Source: Clostridia bacterium
GTDB lineage: Bacteria > Bacillota > Clostridia > RUG12999
DNA: 57,244 nt
Direction of reading: 5' to 3'
Assembly: GCA_045580815.1 (NCBI GenBank)
Contig: JAZNOL010000014.1
Coordinates: forward strand, 1-57,244
Both the position numbers and the translations under genes were made by a program. Numbering within the stretch: position 1 is the stretch's first letter; every line of letters starts with the position of its first letter. The notes under the pieces were generated by a model. It saw nothing but the letters and a program-made list of their open reading frames with translations, was not told the origin of the DNA and ran no database searches. Positions 10,113-18,027 of the stretch are shown here, piece after piece.

Positions 10113-11240
10113 TTAAATTTCCGTTTCAAGCAGATTAGAAATATTTTCCCGATACATTCTTCCGGAAAATGCTTCGTGGGGAAAATCATAAAATTTTGCA
10201 GATGGGGGGCATATTTTTTCAAAAAGCGGGTCTGCCGCAACAATCGATGCATTTTTTAAAATATTTTTGATATGCTCCTCGTCTTTCATGATTATGCACC
10301 CAAAATTTTTAAAATCCGCATCTGTATCGGGCGGGCATACAACAGTAGGTGTTACGCCGTATTTCTCTTTTATTGCTTTTGCAAGTGATAAGCCTGTAAC
10401 AGCCTCGGAAACAATAAAAATACCGCTGTCGGTGTTGGTATTTCTAATGCATTTGTTCTCCCCTGTTTCTCCGCATTGTTTTATAATATTTATAAACTTT
10501 TCTTCAAAGAATTTTTTTACAGGCAATGCAACAACATACGGTGTGCCATATATCCTGTTTAAATATTTTGCCGCTGCATATCCGCAGGATGAAACAACAA
10601 GATTAACATGTGCCGATGATGCATTTTGAATTTCGTCAAGATTTCCGCCTATACCGAAACGTGATACAACCTCGATGTCATATTTATAAAGCAAATCTTC
10701 TAACCCATTACAATATCCGGTTAACGAAAAATCAAGAGGTGTTGTTCCTATAATATTAACCGACAAATTTTTAGTTTTTTCTTTTTTCTCCGTAACAAAC
10801 CGTTTTGCAATTGCTTCAAACGCCATTGACGCACCGCTTATATAACTGTGCATTCCATTTGTAGAAAAACCAAAACACGGTATATCCGTCATATTTTCAA
10901 TGATTTTAGCAACCGCTTTAAGGTCTGTTCCTGTAATCATAGGAAGCGGTGTTCCGGCAATAGCTATAAATTTGGGACTCAGGCTTTGAGCTGTGCTTAC
11001 AATATCATTAATAAGTTTTTCGTCATCGCCCATAATCATATCCATTTCGGATATTGCTGATATAAAAACAAGACTGTCAAAATCATACCAGCGCGGTTCG
11101 TCGTGGGTATTATAAGTGGAATTGCACCCGGAAGCATCATCAATAACCGTCATTCCGCCCATTTCAAAAAGAGCTGAGGCAACACCTGAAACATCGGCTG
11201 TATATGTTGAAATAAAAGATGAAGCCTGATTTACAGACAT
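10113..11240 (-). CDS. Nitrogenase component-1-like oxidoreductase subunit (NifK/BchB/CfbD superfamily), divergent
   Basis: DASGC, SAISEMDMIMGDDEKL, SPKFIAIAGTP...GTDL and FSTNG match the oxidored_nitro fold layout; 375 aa; start overlaps the upstream gene. Confidence 0.8.
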   Translation of the reverse strand: MSVNQASSFISTYTADVSGVASALFEMGGMTVIDDASGCNSTYNTHDEPRWYDFDSLVFISAISEMDMIMGDDEKLINDIVSTAQSLSPKFIAIAGTPLPMITGTDLKAVAKIIENMTDIPCFGFSTNGMHSYISGASMAFEAIAKRFVTEKKEKTKNLSVNIIGTTPLDFSLTGYCNGLEDLLYKYDIEVVSRFGIGGNLDEIQNASSAHVNLVVSSCGYAAAKYLNRIYGTPYVVALPVKKFFEEKFINIIKQCGETGENKCIRNTNTDSGIFIVSEAVTGLSLAKAIKEKYGVTPTVVCPPDTDADFKNFGCIIMKDEEHIKNILKNASIVAADPLFEKICPPSAKFYDFPHEAFSGRMYRENISNLLETEI

Positions 11241-12571
11241 GACTCACACCCCAATCCTTTTACCTGAATAAGTTTTTGCGTTTCCTTTTCTGTCAAAAAT
11301 GCGTCTTCAATCTCACTGCAAAGACGGACTATACCGTCAAAGCCCCAATGACCGCCGCCTTCAACGATATTTACAAAATTGCGACTTCCCGTAAAATACG
11401 CCGCTTTTTGACCTATACATACAATTTTGTCGTTAAATTTTCTTGGCAGAACACGCATTGTAGGATGAACTGTCGGATACACTTCCAAATCAGGTTTAAT
11501 CAGTTTTAATTTTTCAAACGCCGGTTTATCTTCGGCTGTAACGCTGTCTGCATACACACGCACAACGTTAACTGCATTTTCCGAAAACAGAAGAGCCAGC
11601 TCGAAAGGGCGTGAAACTGCTGTATAATCAATTGCAACAGGAACATTACCTATTACAGCTTTCATTTTTTCGATGGCATTTTGTGCGTTTTTTTGCAAAT
11701 CTTCAATATCAAGCACTTCCGCTGTTCCAAGAGTTTCAACAAGCATTTTTATATGATTTTTTATTGTTTCAAAGTTGAAACTGCACGGAATATACAAATG
11801 CTTTTGCCCAAATTTTTCAGCAAGCTCGTCTCCGGCACATTTTGCCGCCGGATAATAGGTTATATTTAAAGCAGACGAAGCCATTGACTGATATTCATTG
11901 TATGTTTTACAGTTTGTAATTTCTTTAACATTAAAACCGCTTGATTTGAGAATTTCAATAAGCTCACTTGATTCATCGGTGGAAAAATCGTTACCTATAA
12001 TATTAACTGATTTAAAATCTGTCTGCGTGGGTTTTAACAGCGAATAAAGCTGTTTTCTCATTATCTGGTCAGGAGTAAGTCCGCTTTTTCGCATAATGGG
12101 ATTCATGTAGCAATCAGTAAAATCTATATCAGGAAAATTGGTTTTCAATGTTTTAAAAACATAATCCATATCACAACCCATAAAGTGGTGAATACAGCTT
12201 GTATACAGCAAAATCGCAGCTGGTTTATACGGCAATTCGGATAAAATTTTTGAAACTCCGTCAATAATAAGAGTTTCCATACTTCCGTCAAGAACATTGT
12301 GCTCTTTGATTTCTATTGTAGAAAACCGCCCTGATGCACCCATTTCTGCCGCTGTCAGCACAACGCCACGCAAACAGCCTGCTGCACATACAAAAATCTG
12401 ATGCGCCCCCGGAATAAGCATTCCGGTGTGAACAATGTTCCACGTTCCCCTTGCCGGAGCACCGTATTCAAGAGTGCTTTCAAAAAGTTTTGATGAATCG
12501 GCATCTTTGATTTTTTTACATATTTCCGGCATGATTTCGGTTTTATTGTCAGGTCTGATTTGTTTAAGCAT
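11231..12571 (-). CDS. Nitrogenase component-1-like oxidoreductase subunit (NifD/NifE/BchN superfamily), divergent
   Basis: VCAAGC (C62/C66), LYTSCI (C126), VNIIG and LNITYYP..KCAG..L..KFG..H; adjacent to the NifH-like gene. Confidence 0.82.
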   Translation of the reverse strand: MLKQIRPDNKTEIMPEICKKIKDADSSKLFESTLEYGAPARGTWNIVHTGMLIPGAHQIFVCAAGCLRGVVLTAAEMGASGRFSTIEIKEHNVLDGSMETLIIDGVSKILSELPYKPAAILLYTSCIHHFMGCDMDYVFKTLKTNFPDIDFTDCYMNPIMRKSGLTPDQIMRKQLYSLLKPTQTDFKSVNIIGNDFSTDESSELIEILKSSGFNVKEITNCKTYNEYQSMASSALNITYYPAAKCAGDELAEKFGQKHLYIPCSFNFETIKNHIKMLVETLGTAEVLDIEDLQKNAQNAIEKMKAVIGNVPVAIDYTAVSRPFELALLFSENAVNVVRVYADSVTAEDKPAFEKLKLIKPDLEVYPTVHPTMRVLPRKFNDKIVCIGQKAAYFTGSRNFVNIVEGGGHWGFDGIVRLCSEIEDAFLTEKETQKLIQVKGLGCESCL

Positions 12572-13331
12572 CTGATACCTCCTTAAACTGAGCCATCATA
12601 GCATCAGCAAGTTTTTCGTATTCTTTTGCCATTTCACTTTCAGGAAACGCTTCAATTACAGTTTTACCAAGCTCTTCTGCATCAAGAACGATTTCGCTTC
12701 TATTTAAACTGCCAACTATTTTGGTTTCAAGGTCATCGGCAAGCTCGGCAACCTTTTCTTCTTCATTTTTTACGTTACGTCTGTTTAAAATTATACCGCC
12801 AAGACGGGCATATCCCCTGCCTTTAAAATTCTGCGTTGCCATACCGATATTTGCCGCCGCATGAATCGACATATTCTCTCCGCTTGTAATTACGAAAACC
12901 TTTTCGGCATATCCGGGACGCATAGGCATTGTAAATCCGCCGCACACAACATCGCCCAGCACATCATAAAATACTATATCGGGTTTGTAGACCTCAAAAG
13001 CACCTTTTTCTTCGAGCTTTTCAAGGGATGCTATTATCCCTCTGCCTGCACAGCCCATGCCTGGTGCAGGTCCTCCTGCCTCAACGCACAGCACACCCCC
13101 AAAGCCTTTTATCACCATGTCATCAAGGGTGAAATTATTTCCTTTTTCACGGATAAGGTCAAGCACAGTAGAAACTTCTTTTTTCCCGCGAAGTAAAACC
13201 GTTGAATCTGCTTTCGGGTCACAGCCTATCTGCATAACGGTAAGCCCTTTTTTTGCAAGCGATGCTGATATATTTGAAACTGTGGTAGATTTCCCTATAC
13301 CGCCTTTTCCGTAAATTGCCGCTTTTATCAT
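12564..13331 (-). CDS. NifH/BchL/CfbC-like Fe protein (nitrogenase-reductase-like ATPase)
   Basis: GKGGIGKST P-loop, QIGCDPKAD, EAGGPAPGMGCAGRG (C94) and YDVLGDVVCGGF (C130). At 255 aa it lacks the C-terminal tail of canonical NifH. Confidence 0.95.
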   Translation of the reverse strand: MIKAAIYGKGGIGKSTTVSNISASLAKKGLTVMQIGCDPKADSTVLLRGKKEVSTVLDLIREKGNNFTLDDMVIKGFGGVLCVEAGGPAPGMGCAGRGIIASLEKLEEKGAFEVYKPDIVFYDVLGDVVCGGFTMPMRPGYAEKVFVITSGENMSIHAAANIGMATQNFKGRGYARLGGIILNRRNVKNEEEKVAELADDLETKIVGSLNRSEIVLDAEELGKTVIEAFPESEMAKEYEKLADAMMAQFKEVSDA

Positions 13332-14386
13332 ATTTTTGTTTCTCCTTTATAAAAATCTCCTCTGCCTATAACGGCTTCATATCCTATTTCTTTCAATTTT
13401 TCTTCAAAATCCTTTTTATGATTAACTGTTTGACCGGTTGTTCCCACTTTGTTGTCATAAAGCATATATTTTGCTTTTACCTCCTGCGGAGATAAGTTGA
13501 GCATTATTACGTTTGCACCGGCAAGGATTCCTTTTATACGTCCGTCTTTTTCTGCTGTTCCGAGAGCTGTTGTTGACGGAAGTAAAACTGCCGGAAGCAT
13601 TATTCTTGTAAGTGCAAGTAAAAATAATGTCAATGTTACATCTCCGGCAGATTCTTTTGCAAATGGTGTATCTTTGTGAGGAATAAACGGACCTATCCCC
13701 ACCATGTGTGGCTTAAAATCACCCAGAAACATCATATCTTCAGCCAGATTTTCAACTGTCTGATAAGGCGAGCCTACCATAAACCCTGCACCAACCTGAA
13801 AGCCTATATTTTTCAGATTAAAGAGACACTCTTTTCGTGTAGCAGGAGACATCTTTTCGGGATGCAGTTTTGCATAATGGTCACCGTTTGCCGTTTCATG
13901 GCGAAGCAGGTATCTGTCTGCACCGGCATCGAAATATTTTTTATATGTTTCTTTTGTTTTTTCGCCTAAAGACAACGTAACCGCACAATCGGGATATTTC
14001 TTTTTTAGTGTTTTAATAATATCACACATGATTTCGTCGGTATAATGCAAATCTTCGCCGCCTTGCAGCACAAAAGTGCGAAACCCAAGCACATACCCTT
14101 CATCAGCGCACATTAAAATATCTTCTTTTGAAAGTCGATATCTGGCGGCGTTTTTGTTGCCGCAACGTATGCCGCAATAATAACAGTCATTTTTGCAGTA
14201 ATTTGATATTTCTATAAGACCGCGCATAAAAATTTTGCTGCCGTATATTTTCTTTACAATTTCGGTTGCAAGAGATATTGCATAATTGCAATCGTCTTCT
14301 GTATAACTGCCTATAAGTGTTATCCATTCCTGCTTTGAAAGTGTTTTTTCTTTATTCAGTTTATCAATTAAAAATTTATTGTTCAC
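13328..14386 (-). CDS. hydE: HydE-like radical SAM protein (BioB/HydE/PylB superfamily)
   Basis: CKNDCYYC (C64/68/71), RYLLRHETAN, GIGPFIPH.DTP, LPSTTAL, GANVIM and Y.LYDNK are HydE-family signatures; GTG start. Confidence 0.88.
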   Translation of the reverse strand: MNNKFLIDKLNKEKTLSKQEWITLIGSYTEDDCNYAISLATEIVKKIYGSKIFMRGLIEISNYCKNDCYYCGIRCGNKNAARYRLSKEDILMCADEGYVLGFRTFVLQGGEDLHYTDEIMCDIIKTLKKKYPDCAVTLSLGEKTKETYKKYFDAGADRYLLRHETANGDHYAKLHPEKMSPATRKECLFNLKNIGFQVGAGFMVGSPYQTVENLAEDMMFLGDFKPHMVGIGPFIPHKDTPFAKESAGDVTLTLFLLALTRIMLPAVLLPSTTALGTAEKDGRIKGILAGANVIMLNLSPQEVKAKYMLYDNKVGTTGQTVNHKKDFEEKLKEIGYEAVIGRGDFYKGETKI

Positions 14387-14401
14387 GTGTTACCACCTTG
14401 T

Positions 14402-15466
14402 TTACTGTTCGTCCTCATAAATAGTTTTTACGTTAATGCCTTTCATTGACGAGAGCTTCAGCTCCATGCCCTTTAACTTTGACTGCGGGCCGTCAAGTGT
14501 AAGGTTTATTACTCTGATGTCATATTTTTTGTACGGCATACCCATTCTGCCGACAATATATTTTCCGTATTCATGAATACATTTGTTTACTTCATCAACC
14601 GATGCATCATTTTTAACGGTTACCGACATAACCGCCAACTTATTTCCGAACTCAGAAATTTTCAGCTTCGCTGTATTTTCGGAAGATATTTCAACGGGCA
14701 CAATATCATGTAAAGCATTTTTTTCTGTTTCAACCGTGCCGATGACGGTTTTTACCCCAAACGCCGCTTCAATATTCTTTTCTGTAACAACCTCGGCAGT
14801 ATTTCCAAACAATACTCCCCCATGTTTGCTTATAAGCAACGATTTGTTTGCTCTTCGCAGTGCATGAGCCGGATAATGTGTATTAAAAATACAGCAAACG
14901 CCTGATTGTGCCAACTGAGATATTGTATCAAGCACAATTATCTGATTTTTAAAATCAAGGTTTGATTCAGGCTCGTCCAGAATAAGAATCTGCGGATTTG
15001 AAACAAGTGCTCGTGCAATCAGCACCATCTGTAACTGTCCGCCGCTTATTTCGTTACACTGTTTTTCGGCAATGCTTTCTATATTAAGTCTTTTCATAAC
15101 CTCAAACGCATCAGCAACATCTTTTGATGACGGTGTTTCAAAAAAATTCAAGCTTCCGCTTTTTCCAAGAAGTATCATTTCCCGAACGGTCAGCGATGAT
15201 GTGCTCTGTTTTGCCTGTGGAACGTAAGAAACAATGTTCCACAGCTGTTTCGGGGAAAGATTTTTTATGTTTTTTCCGCCGATTATGCTTTCTCCGCTAC
15301 GCCATTTCAAAAATCCCATTATGCATTTAAGAAGTGTTGTTTTTCCTACACCGTTTGGCCCGAGAATAGCAATAACATCCCCTTTTTGTGCATCAAAATT
15401 TATATTTTCCAATATGTTATTCTGTTTCGCATATCCGAAACAACCATTTTTAACCGACAATATCAC
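14402..15466 (-). CDS. FepC/BtuD-type ABC ATPase fused to a C-terminal TM1266-like (iron-only hydrogenase system regulator, ACT-like) domain
   Basis: GPNGVGKTT, ISGGQ, LILDEP and NTH; C-terminal EVNKCIHEYGKYIVGRMGMPY...LTLDGP...GINVKT resembles TM1266. The real start is GTG 15466 in a GTGA overlap with the permease stop; the ORF-track extension to 15739 is spurious. Confidence 0.85.
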   Translation of the reverse strand: MILSVKNGCFGYAKQNNILENINFDAQKGDVIAILGPNGVGKTTLLKCIMGFLKWRSGESIIGGKNIKNLSPKQLWNIVSYVPQAKQSTSSLTVREMILLGKSGSLNFFETPSSKDVADAFEVMKRLNIESIAEKQCNEISGGQLQMVLIARALVSNPQILILDEPESNLDFKNQIIVLDTISQLAQSGVCCIFNTHYPAHALRRANKSLLISKHGGVLFGNTAEVVTEKNIEAAFGVKTVIGTVETEKNALHDIVPVEISSENTAKLKISEFGNKLAVMSVTVKNDASVDEVNKCIHEYGKYIVGRMGMPYKKYDIRVINLTLDGPQSKLKGMELKLSSMKGINVKTIYEDEQ

Positions 15467-16500
15467 AGCTGCCACCCCTTTCCTCTGCGAAGAAGGAATA
15501 TGAAAAACGGTGCGCCTATTATGGCTGTCAGCACAGAAATTGGAATTTCTGATACAGAAGCCGACCTTGCAACCGTGTCTGTAAGCATCATAAATGCCGC
15601 ACCGAGACTTATTGATGCCGGCACAATAGAAAGATGGTTTGCACCAAATTTCATGCGGCATATATGAGGAATTATAAGCCCTACCCATCCAACCTGACCG
15701 CACATTGCAATGCTTGCGGCGGTAACAGCAGTTGAACAAATAACGGTTACTATCCGTGTGAGTTTTAAATTGACACCTGTTGACTGAGCCTCTTCATCTG
15801 AAAGCACAAGAATATTAAGTCGCCACCTGATTATATATAATACTAAAACACCAATGGCAATTACGGTTATTCCGGGTATGATGGAAGAAAATCCGGCACC
15901 GTTTAAACTTCCCATAAGAAAATATGTTATTGCCGGAAGCTGCGTTTCGGAATCGGCAAGAAATTTTACCAACGAAACAAGAGCTGAAAACAGGGAGCTT
16001 ATCATTATACCGGACAAAACCACGCTACTCATTCCCCTACCAAGTTTTGAACCTGAAAACCAGGTGAGAGCAACAGCACCAAGTCCAAAAGCAAAGGCAC
16101 AGATATGGATTCCAAGTGTGTTAAATCCAAGAAGAATTCCAAGTGCCGCACCAAAGCTTGCTCCACCCGCCGCACCGAGGGTATCGGGCGTTGCAAGAGG
16201 ATTGGCAAAAAGGCTCTGATATGCACAACCGCTGACAGAAAGACCCGCCCCTACAAATGCCGCAAGAAGAATGCGCGGAAGACGTATTGTGTTTATTATT
16301 GTTGTGATTTGTGCAGGAAGCCCGGAATTTGCGTTAAAAAGCTCCGCAAGTGCCTTAAAAGTGTCAGGCAGGGAAATTATCATTCTTCCGCTGCAAAGAG
16401 CAATAATCGCTGCAAAAACCGGAATAATCAGTAATAATATTTTTGCTTTAACGGATAATCCGCCGGGTGCTGTTTTCTTTAAAGATTTACTTCTGTTCAT
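15463..16500 (-). CDS. FecCD/BtuC-family ABC permease
   Basis: IRLPRILLA..VGAGLSVSG..YQ.LF.NPLA.PD.LG...GA, EEAQSTGVN, GQVGWVGLIIPHI.R, EIPISVLTAIIGAPFF. Confidence 0.95.
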   Translation of the reverse strand: MNRSKSLKKTAPGGLSVKAKILLLIIPVFAAIIALCSGRMIISLPDTFKALAELFNANSGLPAQITTIINTIRLPRILLAAFVGAGLSVSGCAYQSLFANPLATPDTLGAAGGASFGAALGILLGFNTLGIHICAFAFGLGAVALTWFSGSKLGRGMSSVVLSGIMISSLFSALVSLVKFLADSETQLPAITYFLMGSLNGAGFSSIIPGITVIAIGVLVLYIIRWRLNILVLSDEEAQSTGVNLKLTRIVTVICSTAVTAASIAMCGQVGWVGLIIPHICRMKFGANHLSIVPASISLGAAFMMLTDTVARSASVSEIPISVLTAIIGAPFFIFLLRRGKGWQL

Positions 16501-16514
16501 TTTAGTTTCCTTTC

Positions 16515-16550
16515 AAAAACAAAAAGCTGTGCTTCTTTCGAAAGCACAGC
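16515..16550 (-). terminator. Intrinsic terminator (attenuator) in the 5' leader of the nitrogenase-like operon
   Basis: GCUGUGCUU-loop-AAGCACAGC followed by UUUUUGUUUUU, just before the AAAGGA RBS of the first gene and downstream of the promoter. Confidence 0.8.
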
Positions 16551-16673
16551 CTGCATATGCATAACAAACAGATTTAACCTAAAAAGGCTAAATCAACTGT
16601 AAACAAAGGTCATCGGCTTTCATCTCAAAACGTATTTTTGATGTCAGGGTCATAACATTTAGTTTGTATTTAT

Positions 16674-16702
16674 ATTATATATTAAATTCAAAGGTTTGTC
16701 AA
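16674..16702 (-). promoter_or_regulatory. Consensus sigmaA promoter of the nitrogenase-like operon
   Basis: Exact TTGACA-17 nt-TATAAT, giving a leader of about 165 nt. Confidence 0.88.
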
Positions 16703-16709
16703 TAATTTA

Positions 16710-17315
16710 TCAAAAATTATTATATAAAATTTTTAAAGCGTTTGATGCAATAAGCGGTTTTGCGTGTTCGGCAAGATAAGATGCAAAAAGCTCTGCGTGC
16801 CTTATTTTTTTGCCATATTCACAAACCGAAGCATTAAATTTTTTTGTGTATCCCCTAAGTGCATTAGGAACATTTATAACAAGACGGTATTCTCCGTTTG
16901 TTTTATAAAGGCTGTTATTTCCGTCAAAAAGAAGACAGAAATACAGATTATTTTTTGCAAAACGGCATACATTGTCAAAGTTTTCAAACGCAAAAATTAT
17001 TACTGCCTGGTTTTCTTCGGTTTGCTCCGTTTTTGGTTTGTATTTATATCGCTTAACGCCGGAAGAAGTTTTTTCGCTTTTTGTTATATAAACAACCGTG
17101 CTTGACATATCCTTTTGCATTACCTCAATAGTGAGGCGGCAGTTTTCAAAGGTTATACCTGTTTCTTTTGATGCAAGTTTTATAAGATTCCAGAACATTT
17201 CGTTTGACTTAGGGTTTTCGGGGCTGAAATTCTGAAATTTAATATTTAATTTTAACATATCCTGCGATGTAAGGGTTATCTTGACAGCGCTGTCTGAAAT
17301 TTTTTCGATTTTCAT
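16710..17315 (-). CDS. mecA: MecA-family ClpC adaptor protein
   Basis: MKIEKISD..VKITLT..DM N-terminus, IFAFENFD.V and S.LYK..GEY.L; start ATG 17315 after GGAG. Confidence 0.8.
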   Translation of the reverse strand: MKIEKISDSAVKITLTSQDMLKLNIKFQNFSPENPKSNEMFWNLIKLASKETGITFENCRLTIEVMQKDMSSTVVYITKSEKTSSGVKRYKYKPKTEQTEENQAVIIFAFENFDNVCRFAKNNLYFCLLFDGNNSLYKTNGEYRLVINVPNALRGYTKKFNASVCEYGKKIRHAELFASYLAEHAKPLIASNALKILYNNF

Positions 17316-17404
17316 AGAATTCTCCAACTAATAAAATATTACCTTTATATATTATACTATGTTTTTTCAGGTTTGTAAAGATTATTTTAAAAATATTTTT
17401 GCTG

Positions 17405-17995
17405 TCAGGACTTTTCTTTAAAAATAACCGGCTGAAGCTGTCTGCCGTTAAGTGCCTCGGATAAGGTTTCTTTTACAAGTGAATACTGTGCAATCAGAGA
17501 ATTTGCCTTTTGCTTGGGGTCATCCTGTGAAAACGGCACAAAATATATATTTTTTGTGTTAAGCAGTAATCCAAGATTTTTTGCATTTGCACCAAGGGCA
17601 TCATTTGATGCAATCGCAAGAATAACGGGTCTGCCGTTTCTCATGTGAGATTTTGCACTCATTGTAACAGGAGTATCGGTAATTCCGTTTGCAATTTTTG
17701 CCATAGTATTTCCGGTACATGGCATAATTATAAGAGCATCAAGAAGCCGCTTGGGTCCGATGGGTTCTGCATCCTTGATGGATGATACCGGTTCTTTTCC
17801 GCATATTTCATAAAGACGGGTTTTAAAAAACTCACTACTACCAAACCGTGTATCTGTTTCGTTTACCGTATTGCTTATTATAGGAACAAGATTTATGCCC
17901 TCTTTGGTAAGCTCTTCAGCCCAAACAAGAGCATCGTTTATTGTACAAAACGAACCGGTAATAGCAAAACCAACTGCAAGTCCGTGTAAATCCAT
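17405..17995 (-). CDS. dpaB: Dipicolinate synthase subunit B (SpoVFB)
   Basis: GFAITGSFCT, DTRFG, AEPIGPK, PCTGNT.AKIANGITDTPVTM.AKSH.RN.RPV, NDALG, PFSQDDP. Confidence 0.95.
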   Translation of the reverse strand: MDLHGLAVGFAITGSFCTINDALVWAEELTKEGINLVPIISNTVNETDTRFGSSEFFKTRLYEICGKEPVSSIKDAEPIGPKRLLDALIIMPCTGNTMAKIANGITDTPVTMSAKSHMRNGRPVILAIASNDALGANAKNLGLLLNTKNIYFVPFSQDDPKQKANSLIAQYSLVKETLSEALNGRQLQPVIFKEKS

Positions 17996-18027
17996 ATATT
18001 TTCACTCTCCTTTCAATGCAGAGAATA

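Noticed and set aside
10113-13331. Nitrogen fixation (nifHDK)
   Set aside because: The subunits are too short and lack the canonical P-cluster and FeMoco ligand sets, and no nifB/E/N or Mo transport genes are present. This is a nitrogenase-like system, not a nitrogenase.
15467-15739. Cys-rich 91-aa N-terminal extension of the ABC ATPase in the ORF track
   Set aside because: It is an alternative frame overlapping the permease 3' end. A GTGA stop/start coupling with an RBS at 15466 gives a normal ATPase N-terminus.
16580-16645. 21-aa leader peptide (MTLTSKIRFEMKADDLCLQLI) or hammerhead-like CUGA...GAAA core in the leader
   Set aside because: There is no RBS or amino-acid-run signature for a leader peptide, and the hammerhead core needs CUGANGA whereas the sequence reads CUGACAU.
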